Source: Deltaproteobacteria bacterium (GTDB lineage Bacteria > Myxococcota > Kuafuiibacteriia > Kuafuiibacteriales > Kuafuiibacteriaceae). Taken from it: a DNA stretch of 64,000 bases. Shown here in pieces: positions 25,307 through 35,183 of this stretch (position 1 is the stretch's first letter; the number at the start of each line of letters is the position of its first letter). The notes under the pieces are model-generated. The model was not told the DNA's origin and searched no databases. It worked only from the letters and a program-made list of their open reading frames with translations. A program made the translations under genes and the position numbers. The stretch lies in contig JAVJQW010000018.1 in NCBI GenBank assembly GCA_040218735.1, positions 1 to 64,000 on the forward strand. The letters are read 5' to 3'.

Positions 25307-26934
25307 AACGCGCGCGCCACATCGCGATGGTGATCGTCGCGCTGTACTTCGTGGTGCTCGCCGCGGGTCACACCTCGTTCGGCCTCACCGACGACGACGA
25401 CTTCTACGTGCCTGCGGGCGTCTCCTACGTCGATTGGATCGGCCGCGCGCTGACGTTCGACCGCGAGGCATGGACACGCCGCGGCGTCGACGCCGCGTTC
25501 AACCCGAACCACGAGCACCCGCCCGTCGCGAAGTACGTCTTCGGGCTGTGTCGCTACGCGTTCGGGTTCCTCGGACCGACCGACGCGTCGCGCATGGGGA
25601 CGGTGCTGTTCTCGACGCTGATCGCGGCGCTGCTGATGTGGCTCGCGATGCGGCACTTCGGTCGCCATCGTGGGCTGTTCGTGGGCGGCCTCGCGGTGTT
25701 GTTTCTGCTGACGCTGCCGCGGTTCCACTTCCACTCGCACGCCGCGACGCTCGACGTCCCCGTCGCCGCGATGTACCTCGCGACGGCTGCGCTCGCGCTC
25801 GCGGCGGAGCGTTCACGCCGCGCCGCGATCTGGTGCGGTGTGGTGTTCGGGTTGGCGAGCGCGACCAAACTCAACGCGCCGTTCCTCGTGGTGCCGTACC
25901 TGATCTTTGCGTTCGCTGTGAGGCGCGGTGCGGGGCGCGCCGAGGTCCGCGGCGGTGAGTCGGGGCGGACGCTCCCGCTGCCGAACGTCCCGCTCGCTGC
26001 GGTGACGATGGCGACGATCGGTCCGCTCGTGTTCCTCGCGTCGTGGCCGTGGCTCTGGAACGACACGGTCAAGCGCGTCGGGGAGTACGTCCAGTTCCAC
26101 CTCAACCACTACGGCATCTACTTCCTCTACTTCGGACGCGTGTACGACAAGGCGCCGTTCGCGCCGTGGCACGCGATGTTCACGATGGCGGCGATCACCG
26201 TGCCGGTCGCGATCACGGCGTTGGCGCTCGTGGGCATCTACGCGTCGAAGGGCCCCATCCTCTACCGGCTGAAACACCCCATCGCGCCGGACGACGACGA
26301 CAAACGCGCGGGCGACTTACTGCTGTTCACGATCCTCAACGCGGTCGTCTCGATCGCGGTCGTCGCGTTCTCGGGCGGCGCGAAGTACGGCGGCGCGAAG
26401 CTGTTCATGCCGTTCTTCCCGTTCTGGTGCCTGCTCGCCGGGTACGGCGGCCTGTGGCTCTACGAACGCGCCGAAGGCAAGCTGCGCCGCGTCGCGGTGG
26501 CGGTGTTGGCGCTCGCGCTGATCTCCACCGCCGCGCAGACGATTCGCTTCGGGCCCTACGCTCTGTCGCAATACAACGCAGTCGTCGGCGGTCTGCGTGG
26601 CGCGACGACGACCGGGTTCGAGCGCCAGTACTACGACATCGCGTTCCGTGACCTCGTCGACTGGCTCAACGTCCACGCACCGAAGAACGCGCGCGTGCAC
26701 TTCCTCCCGAACAACTGGGAGTACGTCCGCACGTACAAGTGGTATCGGGCCGCGGGGGACCTTCGAAAGGACATCCAGGTCGTCAACACCGAGCGCTCCG
26801 CGCAGCTCGTCATCGTCACGCATGAACGGCGCTTCTTGCGCTACGGCAGCGATCTGATGCGCTACCGCACCAAGGAGGTGCTCGAGGAGAAGGTGATCGA
26901 CGGCGTGCCGATCTGGACGGTCGTGCGGCGCTGA
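25303..26934 (+). CDS. GT-C fold (PMT/ArnT-like) membrane glycosyltransferase
   Basis: Multiple TM helices; acidic loop 'TDDDDFY'; 'EHPPVAK'; 'ASATK'. Confidence 0.82.
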   Translation: MKRARHIAMVIVALYFVVLAAGHTSFGLTDDDDFYVPAGVSYVDWIGRALTFDREAWTRRGVDAAFNPNHEHPPVAKYVFGLCRYAFGFLGPTDASRMGTVLFSTLIAALLMWLAMRHFGRHRGLFVGGLAVLFLLTLPRFHFHSHAATLDVPVAAMYLATAALALAAERSRRAAIWCGVVFGLASATKLNAPFLVVPYLIFAFAVRRGAGRAEVRGGESGRTLPLPNVPLAAVTMATIGPLVFLASWPWLWNDTVKRVGEYVQFHLNHYGIYFLYFGRVYDKAPFAPWHAMFTMAAITVPVAITALALVGIYASKGPILYRLKHPIAPDDDDKRAGDLLLFTILNAVVSIAVVAFSGGAKYGGAKLFMPFFPFWCLLAGYGGLWLYERAEGKLRRVAVAVLALALISTAAQTIRFGPYALSQYNAVVGGLRGATTTGFERQYYDIAFRDLVDWLNVHAPKNARVHFLPNNWEYVRTYKWYRAAGDLRKDIQVVNTERSAQLVIVTHERRFLRYGSDLMRYRTKEVLEEKVIDGVPIWTVVRR

Positions 26935-26957
26935 GCGAGAGGCTCTAGACTGGTGGG

Positions 26958-28298
26958 GTGTCGCGGTGGGCGCCGCTTCTGTTGGGACTCGCCGCCTGCG
27001 GCACGCCCGAACGTTTCCTCCCGCCGCCCGAGCTCGCGGACGCCAAGACCGCGGTGATCGTGTTGCACGAGCGCGTCCCGCAGCTGACCGTCGTCGACCT
27101 CACCGCGGATGCGTGGTCGTTCGACGTCGACACCACCGACGAAGCGACTGTGGATCTGCTCCTCTACGACTGCGACGTCGCGGGGCTCGCGCTCGAGCCG
27201 GGGCGCGTGGGGCTCGGAGGCGAAGAGGATCCGCTCTTGCCCGCGGCCGATCGGGTGTTCACCGCTGACCTCGGCGACGACGACGGGTGGCGATCGATCG
27301 CGGAGCCGCCGGCGCGCACGAGCGAGCTTCGCCTGGCGCTCGAAGCCGGCGAGCCGTGCGCCGACGTCGACGTGACGCGTGTCGAGCTCACGGGGGTGTA
27401 CGGCGAGCCGCGGAGCTTGATGGCCTTCGACGACGACTCCGTCGTGTTGGCGTTGCGCGACGGACGCATGTTCCGTGTGCACCGCGACGGTGCGTACACG
27501 CAGCTGTGGTCGACGCAGGACGACGCGCGCTCCTACGTCGTCGTGCAGAGGATCGAAGGGGATCGCTACTTCTTCGTGGCGTCGGGCCGCGGCTGCCTCG
27601 GTCGCGCCGATGACCTGGAGACGATTCGCTCCGACGGCTGCCTCCCCGTCACCTCCACGTCGGCGGTCGGATCGTACGTGCGCACCGACGCGCGCATCGC
27701 GAGCGATGGTCGCGAGATCCTCGACGTGATGCTGGAGAACGGAGAGATGTTCGAGGTCATCGACGGCGTCGCGTCCAACGTGAGCCTCGACGCGCCCTTG
27801 CCCGTCGGGAAGAAGGGCGACGTCCTGCGCGTCGCGGACGACGAGGTGCTCTACACTGGCCCGATCGAACACTCGGTGCTGCGGCGGTCCGGTGGTGTGT
27901 TGCGCGCGGAGGCGACCGAGCTCCCGTTCTTCGACAAGGTCGTGTCGATGTCGCCGTCGCGCGCGCACGGCGAGGTCGTGCTGACCAACACCGGACTGAT
28001 CCTCGCGTACGACGAGACGACGATGGAGTGGATGGGCGTGGGGAGCAGCGCCGCGCTGCAGCCGTTGTTCATCGCCGAGGTCCGTCGCAGCTTCTGGGTG
28101 GTCGGCGCCGGTGAGGGACAGGTGATCGAAGTGCTCCCGAACGGCGAGGGCTGCGACACGATCTTCGTCGGCGGCGACGACACACGTGCGATGACGAAGC
28201 TCGGCGACGACGGTTTTGTGTTCGCCGTGCGTCCGCGCGAGGACCCGGTCGATCTGTTCTTCGTGCGCCCGACGTTCTCGGGCCCGACGTGTCAGTGA
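26958..28298 (+). CDS. Hypothetical lipoprotein, probable beta-propeller
   Basis: Lipobox 'LAAC'; acidic beta-strand repeats. Confidence 0.65.
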   Translation: MSRWAPLLLGLAACGTPERFLPPPELADAKTAVIVLHERVPQLTVVDLTADAWSFDVDTTDEATVDLLLYDCDVAGLALEPGRVGLGGEEDPLLPAADRVFTADLGDDDGWRSIAEPPARTSELRLALEAGEPCADVDVTRVELTGVYGEPRSLMAFDDDSVVLALRDGRMFRVHRDGAYTQLWSTQDDARSYVVVQRIEGDRYFFVASGRGCLGRADDLETIRSDGCLPVTSTSAVGSYVRTDARIASDGREILDVMLENGEMFEVIDGVASNVSLDAPLPVGKKGDVLRVADDEVLYTGPIEHSVLRRSGGVLRAEATELPFFDKVVSMSPSRAHGEVVLTNTGLILAYDETTMEWMGVGSSAALQPLFIAEVRRSFWVVGAGEGQVIEVLPNGEGCDTIFVGGDDTRAMTKLGDDGFVFAVRPREDPVDLFFVRPTFSGPTCQ

Positions 28299-29782
28299 CG
28301 TTCCAGCTCGAGGACGGTGTCGACGAGCGCTTGGTGCATTTCGAGCGTGGCGTTCGACCCGGTGAGGTTGCGGACGGGTGGGGCGCCCATCATGTCCACC
28401 ATGCGATCGAGGAGCCGGGTGCGATCGGGGCCCGTGACGAGCTCGAGCTGGGCGCGGTGACCGATCTGCGGGACGACGTGAATCGTGGAGCCGACGTCCT
28501 CCGAGACGGTCGGCATCCCGCCGGTCCACGGATCCCACGCGCCGTAGATGCCGACGATCGCGGGGGCCTCGTTGCGCAGCCAGCTATCGACGCGGACCAT
28601 CGGCTCCGGATCGAAGCGCGGCGGATCCCACGAAGGGCCGCCGGGTGCGCGTGGGAGGGCGGAGAAGTCGACGTCACGCGCGAGGTCCCACAGCTCGGGG
28701 CGCCCGTACGCCGGGCTGCCGAGCTCGTTGGCGACTTGGTAGCGGTACGGCAGCGTCGGGCTGGGCTCGGGGTTCGTCAGCTCGTCGGGCGTGACCTGCA
28801 CCCAGCTCGCGAGGTCTTCGGCGGGGCCTTGGGGATCGGCGAGCGCTTCGCAGGCCATCGGCGACCCGAAGTATTGCCAGAAGCCCCACTCGAACGAGAG
28901 GGCGTCGTAGGCGACGGCGGTCTCGAGGACGTCGGGCGGCACCGCGTTGAAGCCGGGGTCGACCATACGCATCGCGGTCGCGACCTCCGCGCGGCGGGTG
29001 ATGAGCGCCGCCGACACGTCGAGGACTTGGGCGCGGCAGTCGCTGGGACCGATCCGATCCATCCACGACTGATAGCGGCGATCCTCGCCGAAGGAGATCG
29101 GCGCGACGTACGCGATGACGCCGTCGAGATCCTCGGGGTGGTGGTGATGGTGGAAGTAGGCGGTCATGCCGCCCTTGCTCACGCCGGTCGCGACCCAGTT
29201 GCCCGTGAAGTGGTCTTTGAGCTCCACGGTGAGGTCGTGACTGTCTGCGGCGCTCTGGGCGATGTTCATCTTCGTCCAGTCCGGTCGAGGCTGGACGATC
29301 GAATCGCCGAAGAAGCGGTGCTCGACGATGAGCTCGTTGGCGCCGAACAGTGACGCGGGCTCCGCGGAGCGCGCGATCCATGTCTCGGCCCCGCCGAAGA
29401 GGTGGTAGCCGGTCGTGTGCAGGACCATCGGCCGGTCGGCGCCGCGGTAGCGCAGCAAGAGGTGCTGCTCGAACCAACGATCACGATCGAGGAAGTGGTC
29501 CTCCGGCTGCATGAAGCGGAGCGCGAAGAGACGACCGCCGTCGGGGAGATCGTAGACGTCATCTACCGTGATGCGCGGGTGCGCGGCGAGCCACTGGTCG
29601 ATCGAGACGGTGGGCGTGCCGCCGTCGCGCGGCGTGACCACGGGCGGCCCGGCGTCGCGCGGCGCGGGGGCGTCGGGCCCGCCGTCGCGAATGGCCTGCG
29701 CCGGGGGCTGCAGGAGCGCGGTCGTGGGCGCTTGTCCGCAGGCGCTCGCGAGCAGGAACGCGGCGGCCATCCAGCGGGGCAT
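28292..29782 (-). CDS. S28/S37-family (tripeptidyl amino)peptidase lipoprotein
   Basis: 'FMQPEDH', 'VEHRFFGDS', nucleophile motif 'GVSKGG', 'GAWDPW'; lipobox 'ASAC'. Confidence 0.85.
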   Translation of the reverse strand: MPRWMAAAFLLASACGQAPTTALLQPPAQAIRDGGPDAPAPRDAGPPVVTPRDGGTPTVSIDQWLAAHPRITVDDVYDLPDGGRLFALRFMQPEDHFLDRDRWFEQHLLLRYRGADRPMVLHTTGYHLFGGAETWIARSAEPASLFGANELIVEHRFFGDSIVQPRPDWTKMNIAQSAADSHDLTVELKDHFTGNWVATGVSKGGMTAYFHHHHHPEDLDGVIAYVAPISFGEDRRYQSWMDRIGPSDCRAQVLDVSAALITRRAEVATAMRMVDPGFNAVPPDVLETAVAYDALSFEWGFWQYFGSPMACEALADPQGPAEDLASWVQVTPDELTNPEPSPTLPYRYQVANELGSPAYGRPELWDLARDVDFSALPRAPGGPSWDPPRFDPEPMVRVDSWLRNEAPAIVGIYGAWDPWTGGMPTVSEDVGSTIHVVPQIGHRAQLELVTGPDRTRLLDRMVDMMGAPPVRNLTGSNATLEMHQALVDTVLELERH

Positions 29783-29876
29783 CACACCGAAATCTACCAC
29801 GCAGCGTTTCATTTCGGTGCGGTCGTCTGCCGGTGGCTTTCGTAGCGACTCGCACCGGACGACCGACATCCCAAGG

Positions 29877-30662
29877 ATGCGTCTCGTCACCTCGATGGCA
29901 TGGGCGTCGTGCGTGACATTCGTCATGTCCGTAGCTAACGCGAGCCCGCTGACCGACTTCTCGGCGGAGTACGCGTTCATGCGCATCGATCGCGTGCGCG
30001 TCGCAGACGAGACGCGGACGCCGAAGTTCTATCGACACACCCTCACGCTCCAGGCGGGGATCGACGGGTTCACGTTCGGGCTGATCGGGGTCCGGACGGA
30101 TCGCGGCGCCGAGACCCCCGCCGAGCCGGAGTCGGGGCTCATGCTCTCGTTGGGTTACAGCGCCCCGATCTCGGACTGGCTGCTGTGGGAAGCGCGCGCC
30201 CGGGTGCCGCTCACGCCGCACACCAACGAGCGTTCGCCGCTTTACGCTGCCGACGCCGATCTGCTCGGCAAGGTCGTCGCGTTTGCGCCAGACGGATGGG
30301 GACCGCTGAACCTCGCCGTGTCGCCGTCGCTGTCCGCCGGTGCGATGGTGAACCGATTCGGTCGGCTCCAGCTCTTCTTCGGCGCGGGGCTGTGGTGGAA
30401 GGGCCTGGGTGTGTACGCCACCGGACTGACGTCGTTGCGCGGGATCGAGAACCCGCTGGCGCTCGGTCCCGAGGATGTCGGCGGATGGGCGGCGGTTGAG
30501 AATCGCCTCGTCACCCTGAGCGTCTCCTACGACCTCGATCTCGGGATGCAACATCGATTGCGCTTCGAGGCGCGGAAGAACATCCCGCTGAGTAACGCTG
30601 GCAACGACACCGTCGGTGTCCTGACCTACCGCTTCTTCTTCGACGCGGAGATCGCACCATGA
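29877..30662 (+). CDS. Hypothetical secreted / outer-membrane beta-barrel-like protein
   Basis: Signal peptide ending 'ANA'; alternating amphipathic strands; C-terminal 'LTYRFF'. Confidence 0.55.
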   Translation: MRLVTSMAWASCVTFVMSVANASPLTDFSAEYAFMRIDRVRVADETRTPKFYRHTLTLQAGIDGFTFGLIGVRTDRGAETPAEPESGLMLSLGYSAPISDWLLWEARARVPLTPHTNERSPLYAADADLLGKVVAFAPDGWGPLNLAVSPSLSAGAMVNRFGRLQLFFGAGLWWKGLGVYATGLTSLRGIENPLALGPEDVGGWAAVENRLVTLSVSYDLDLGMQHRLRFEARKNIPLSNAGNDTVGVLTYRFFFDAEIAP

Positions 30663-31000
30663 AGCGGGCGTGGGCGACGTTTGTCTGCGGTGTGTCGCTC
30701 CTGACGACGTTCGACGCGTTTGCGTGGGAGCGCGTCAAGGCCGAGCTGCGGCCCGGCGTACGTGTCGTCCGCGAGACCGAAGAGACGCTGATCGTCCAGG
30801 CGCCCGAGGTCGAGCGCGTCATCGTCTTGTCACGCTCGCGCGACGCGGATTGCGATATCCGCGTCGACCTTCGCTGGCGCCGGGGTGGGACGCCCTACCG
30901 AGTCTGGGAAGCGACGCCGACACTGAAGCGCGCGTTGCCCTTGCCCATATGGGGGCGGTTCTTCTCGGTGCGCTTCCTCAAAGTTCTTCGTCGCCCCTGA
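30659..31000 (+). CDS. Small secreted hypothetical protein
   Basis: ATGA-coupled to the upstream gene; signal peptide ending 'AFA'. Confidence 0.5.
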   Translation: MKRAWATFVCGVSLLTTFDAFAWERVKAELRPGVRVVRETEETLIVQAPEVERVIVLSRSRDADCDIRVDLRWRRGGTPYRVWEATPTLKRALPLPIWGRFFSVRFLKVLRRP

Positions 31001-31385
31001 CCGGGTCGATGCACACCCCCGCGGCGTCGCGGGTGACCTGCGGTCGGAGGCGGTCGACGTGTTCGAGCCAGGCGGCCTTGATGTCCGGGGCGACGCCGTG
31101 GCGGTCGATCGCCTCTTCGAGGATCTGGCGCCGACGGTCGAACTGGCCGCCCATGATCGGGTGGGGCGCGTGCGCGTCGCGGATCGGTTTGCCGACGTAC
31201 TGGACATCGGCGCCGAGGAACTTCGCGGTGAAGAGGTACTCCATCTCCTCGAGTCGCTTGGCGTCCACCTCGCGGAAAAAGAAGCCGATCATCATGTCGG
31301 TTGTCATGCGCTGCACGAAGTCCTGGATGATCGGACGCAGCGCCCATTCGCCGCCGAGGCGTTCGAAGAGGGTCGGCTCGGACAC
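30978..31385 (-). CDS. Group I truncated hemoglobin
   Basis: 'TLFERLGG', 'IGFFF', 'LGADVQYVGKPIRDAH'. Confidence 0.88.
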   Translation of the reverse strand: MSEPTLFERLGGEWALRPIIQDFVQRMTTDMMIGFFFREVDAKRLEEMEYLFTAKFLGADVQYVGKPIRDAHAPHPIMGGQFDRRRQILEEAIDRHGVAPDIKAAWLEHVDRLRPQVTRDAAGVCIDPVRGDEEL

Positions 31386-31434
31386 GTGCTCGAGCCTACA
31401 ACCGGCGCGTCACGTTCTGCTATGAGCTGTACCC

Positions 31435-31875
31435 ATGATTCGCCAGGGGACGATCGACGATCTCGACGCCATCATCGAGGGCAACCGCAGCATGGCGCAG
31501 GAGACGGAGGGGCTCGAGCTCGACGCCGACGTGCTCCGGGCGGGCGTCGCGGCGGTGCTGAACGGGGCGCAGCCGGGCCGTTACTTCGTGATCGAGGAGG
31601 CTGACGCCGTCGTGGCGCAGCTGATGATCACGTACGAGTGGAGTGACTGGCGCAACGCGATGGTGTGGTGGATCCAGTCCGTCTACGTCGCGCCCTCGTG
31701 TCGCGGCCGCGGGCTGTACCGGCGGCTCTACGCGCACGTGCAGGAAGAGGCGCGCCGCGCGAAAGCGGCGGGTGTGCGGCTCTACGTGGACGAGCGAAAC
31801 GTCGCGGCGCAGAAGGTCTACGGGGCACTCGGGATGAACGGCGAGCACTACCGCGTGTTCGAAGCGATGTTCTAG
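31435..31875 (+). CDS. GNAT N-acetyltransferase
   Basis: 'IQSVYVAPSCRGRGLY', 'LYVDERNVAAQKVY'. Confidence 0.9.
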   Translation: MIRQGTIDDLDAIIEGNRSMAQETEGLELDADVLRAGVAAVLNGAQPGRYFVIEEADAVVAQLMITYEWSDWRNAMVWWIQSVYVAPSCRGRGLYRRLYAHVQEEARRAKAAGVRLYVDERNVAAQKVYGALGMNGEHYRVFEAMF

Positions 31876-32891
31876 CGCAGGGGCGCGTCCTCTGGGCGGC
31901 AGCCGCCTCCGAAGCCCTCGGCGGAGAAGTCGATCTGCACCTGCCCGTAGCGGTCTTGGTACTCGGCTTCGATCGTGAGGGTGTGCGTTCCGGCGCGGGC
32001 CGGGGAGCAGTGGCTCACGACGTAGGTCGCTTCGGCGTGCGCGCGGAGGGTGTTGCCGACGGCCTTGAAGGCCTGGACGATCTCACTCGCTGCGCCGGCG
32101 TACACGGCGCCCGAGCGTCCGAGCTCGCCGAGGAAGGTCTCGTCGATCTCCGGGCCGACGCCGATCGCGAAGGTGGAGTGCGGCGTGTCGTCGAGCCCGC
32201 GGTCGACGGCGCCCCACGCGACGCGCGCGGCGCGGTCGTCTCCGTCGGTGAACAGTACGAGTGCGCCGTGGACGATGTCGTGTTCCGTGCGCGACGCGTC
32301 GACGGCGTTGTCGAGGACGCGGAGCGCGCTCACCACGGCGCCGTAGAGGTTGGTCGAGTCATCGACGACCTCGGCCTGACGCGCGAGCTCCAGCGCGGCA
32401 CCGATCGCGATGCGGTCGGAGGTGAATCCACTGAGGCGAACGAGGTCGGGGCGGCCGTCGAAGCCGAACACCGCGACTTCGTGGCGCCCCGGGAGCTGCG
32501 CCACGAGTTTGGCGGCGCCGTCGATCATGAAGTCGCGCAGGCCGGCGCGGACGATCGAGCCCGAGAGGTCCAGGAGGATGATCGTCTTGGCCTGCGTCTG
32601 ACGCTCCGCGAGGAACACCGCGTGCTCACCTTCGTACGAGGACAGCGCCCGGCCGTCCTCGCTCAGCGTGAAATGCTGCTGGTCGAGGCGCACGCCGATG
32701 GGGTCCCCGGCGCAGTCGGTCACCCGGACGAGGCCGGCGACGTTGGCCGGGGGCGCGATGGCGGCGTCCACGAGCGCGAGGTTCAGGCCGGAGCACGCGT
32801 TCGCGCCGATCTCGGAGGTGTCGGCACCGCCGCACGCGGGGAGGAAGTAGGTGGGGAGAATCAATGCGAGCCAGTGGTAGGGGCGCAACAT
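31872..32891 (-). CDS. VWA-domain lipoprotein
   Basis: Lipobox 'LPAC'; MIDAS 'LLDLSGS'; 'STNLYGA'; 'LFTDG'. Confidence 0.85.
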   Translation of the reverse strand: MLRPYHWLALILPTYFLPACGGADTSEIGANACSGLNLALVDAAIAPPANVAGLVRVTDCAGDPIGVRLDQQHFTLSEDGRALSSYEGEHAVFLAERQTQAKTIILLDLSGSIVRAGLRDFMIDGAAKLVAQLPGRHEVAVFGFDGRPDLVRLSGFTSDRIAIGAALELARQAEVVDDSTNLYGAVVSALRVLDNAVDASRTEHDIVHGALVLFTDGDDRAARVAWGAVDRGLDDTPHSTFAIGVGPEIDETFLGELGRSGAVYAGAASEIVQAFKAVGNTLRAHAEATYVVSHCSPARAGTHTLTIEAEYQDRYGQVQIDFSAEGFGGGCRPEDAPLR

Positions 32892-32947
32892 GCGCACATC
32901 CTCCCACCCTGTCGCCACGCCCGCCAGTTTTTGGCAGCATGACGGCG

Positions 32948-33385
32948 ATGGCGAGAGCGGACGTCCCGGAGCGGGTCCTGGCGATCTACGAGCGGCTGAT
33001 TGCGTCGGCCGGGGTGGAGAGGAAGGGCGGCAAGGTCCCGTACACCTCGATGAACGGGAACATGTTCAGCTTCATCACCCAGGAGGGGGCGATCGCCATC
33101 CGCCTCGGCGACGCGGACCGTGAAGCCTTCATGGCGAAGCACGGCACGGGGCCGGTCATCCAGTACGGCGCCGTGATGCGCGGGTACGTCGAGGTGCCCG
33201 ACGCGCTCCTCACGAAGACCACGGTGCTCCGGAGGGCCTTCGCGAAGAGCGTCGCGCACGCGGCGACGCTGAAGGCGAAGCCCACGACCAAGCCGAAGCC
33301 GGGCGCAAAGAAATCCGCGGCGAAGAAGCCGGGCGCAAAGATATCCGCGGCGAAGAAGCCGGGCGCAAAGAGATCCGCGCGCTGA
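32948..33385 (+). CDS. TfoX N-terminal-like protein with Lys/Ala-rich tail
   Basis: 'NGNMFS...IAIRL...YGAVMRGYVEVP' is TfoX-like; tail consists of KPGAKKSAAK repeats. Confidence 0.7.
   Translation: MARADVPERVLAIYERLIASAGVERKGGKVPYTSMNGNMFSFITQEGAIAIRLGDADREAFMAKHGTGPVIQYGAVMRGYVEVPDALLTKTTVLRRAFAKSVAHAATLKAKPTTKPKPGAKKSAAKKPGAKISAAKKPGAKRSAR
33295..33379 (+). repeat. 30-bp coding tandem repeat (~2.8 copies)
   Basis: Unit GAAGCCGGGCGCAAAGA(a/t/g)ATCCGCGGCGAA; copies differ at one base. Confidence 0.9.
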
Positions 33386-33391
33386 GCCCGC

Positions 33392-35116
33392 TCAGTCGTT
33401 CACGCGTCGCCGCGCCCTGCGCACGACGGCCTCCCGGAGCGCGCGCAGCGTCACCGGCTTCGCGACGACCTCCTGCATCCCGGCCGCTTCACACATCGCG
33501 ACCTCCTCCGCGAAGGCGGAGGCCGTCAGCCCGATGATCGGCGTCTGGCCCACCTCCCCTTCGAGCGCGCGGATGCGCTCGGTCGTCTCGGGCCCATCCA
33601 GCCCGGGCATGAGTCTGTCCATCAGCACGAGCGCCACGGTCTCGTTCTGCACGGTCGTGATGGCGTCCTCGCCGTTGTCGACCGTCTTCGTGCGACAGCC
33701 GAGGTGGAGCAACATCTTCTCCGCCACCTTGCGGTTCGTGGGGTTGTCGTCGACCACGAGCACGATGCCATCGAGCTGCGGGAGCGGTCCGTCGTCCGGC
33801 CCGGCGGCCGTGTCGGAGAGCGGTCGTACCGACGCCGTCTTCAGCGGAAGAACGAAGCTGAAGCGACTGCCGCGACCCAGCGTGCTCTTCACTTCGATGC
33901 GACCGCCCATCGCCCGGACGAGGTGCTGGCTGATCGCGAGCCCGAGTCCGGTGCCGCCGTACGTTCGATGCACGCTCGCGTTGGCCTGGGAGAACGGGAT
34001 GAACAACCGCTCCAGCTGCTCCGCCGCGATGCCGACGCCGGTGTCCTCGACCGCGAGCTCGATACGCCCGTCCTGCGGCTGAACGGACACACGAACATGG
34101 CCACGCTCCGTGAACTTCACCGCGTTGCCGATGAGGTTGAGGAGCACCTGCCGCAGACGCGCGCCGTCGCCGACCACGTACTTGGGCGCGCCGGCCGCGA
34201 CGTCCAACTTCAACTCCACGCCCTTGTCCTGCGCGCGCGCGCGCAGCAGCTCGACGGAGCTTTGAACGCAGTCTTGCAGCGAAAACGGCGCGCGCTCCAG
34301 ATCGACCTCGCCGGCTTCGAGCTTCGAGAAGTCGAGGATGTCGTTGAGGATGGAAAGCAGCGCCTCACCCGACGTGAACACCATCTCGGCCAGCGTGCGG
34401 TCCTCTTCGTGCAGCTCGCCGCGCCGAAGGAGATCCGCGGACGCGAGCACACCGTTCATCGGCGTACGGATCTCGTGGCTCATCGTCGCGAGGAACACCG
34501 ACTTCGCCTGGTTCGACGCCTCCGCGAGCTGGCGTGCTGCCTCGAGTCGCTCCGCGAGCTGACGGTTCTCGCGGAAGTAGAAGCCCGCGAAGATCGTCAT
34601 CACCACGAGCTGGTTCGTCGCCATGATGGCCATCTCCAGCTGTGACGTCTCGACCAGCGGGTTCGCGATCCACCCCGCGTCACGCGCGACGGCCATCGGT
34701 ATCGCGGTGAGCACCGAGACGATCGCCACACCCCAACCCGCCTTCGGGCCCAAGATGTAGACCGCTCCCGCGAGGAGCACGGTGTCCCAGGTGAACACCA
34801 CCACCATGCCGCCGAGCTCGAGTGCGTTGAAGACCAGCGCGAGGTGGCCGGCCGCGAGCACCGCCACCGCGGCGACCCACAACCGCTTCGTCAGTCTGAG
34901 CAACGTCGCGCCGACCAGGAACGTCGTGAGCGGAACGACGTGGGACACGAGGATCCGCCCGCTGTCCGCGAACCGCGCGACGCCCGCGATGATCAGCCCG
35001 AGCGACGCGAGCACGAACAGCATCTGAACCAGGCGCGCGCGCACGCGGAGGTGCGGATCGGCGAGCACCTCATCGGGGATCGTCGCGTCGAGCCAGGCGG
35101 TAGGGCGAAGCGCCAT
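33392..35116 (-). CDS. Membrane hybrid sensor histidine kinase (HisKA-HATPase-REC)
   Basis: 'FLATMSHEIRTPMNG', 'NLIGNAVKFT', 'DTGVG', 'GGTGLGL'; receiver 'VVDDN...LMD...PG...KP'. Confidence 0.95.
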   Translation of the reverse strand: MALRPTAWLDATIPDEVLADPHLRVRARLVQMLFVLASLGLIIAGVARFADSGRILVSHVVPLTTFLVGATLLRLTKRLWVAAVAVLAAGHLALVFNALELGGMVVVFTWDTVLLAGAVYILGPKAGWGVAIVSVLTAIPMAVARDAGWIANPLVETSQLEMAIMATNQLVVMTIFAGFYFRENRQLAERLEAARQLAEASNQAKSVFLATMSHEIRTPMNGVLASADLLRRGELHEEDRTLAEMVFTSGEALLSILNDILDFSKLEAGEVDLERAPFSLQDCVQSSVELLRARAQDKGVELKLDVAAGAPKYVVGDGARLRQVLLNLIGNAVKFTERGHVRVSVQPQDGRIELAVEDTGVGIAAEQLERLFIPFSQANASVHRTYGGTGLGLAISQHLVRAMGGRIEVKSTLGRGSRFSFVLPLKTASVRPLSDTAAGPDDGPLPQLDGIVLVVDDNPTNRKVAEKMLLHLGCRTKTVDNGEDAITTVQNETVALVLMDRLMPGLDGPETTERIRALEGEVGQTPIIGLTASAFAEEVAMCEAAGMQEVVAKPVTLRALREAVVRRARRRVND

Positions 35117-35183
35117 ACGTCCTCTAACGCTTCGGTGTTATTCGAGTGGGTGTAAAGGCGCCGCGCAGCATACGAACGTCGTG

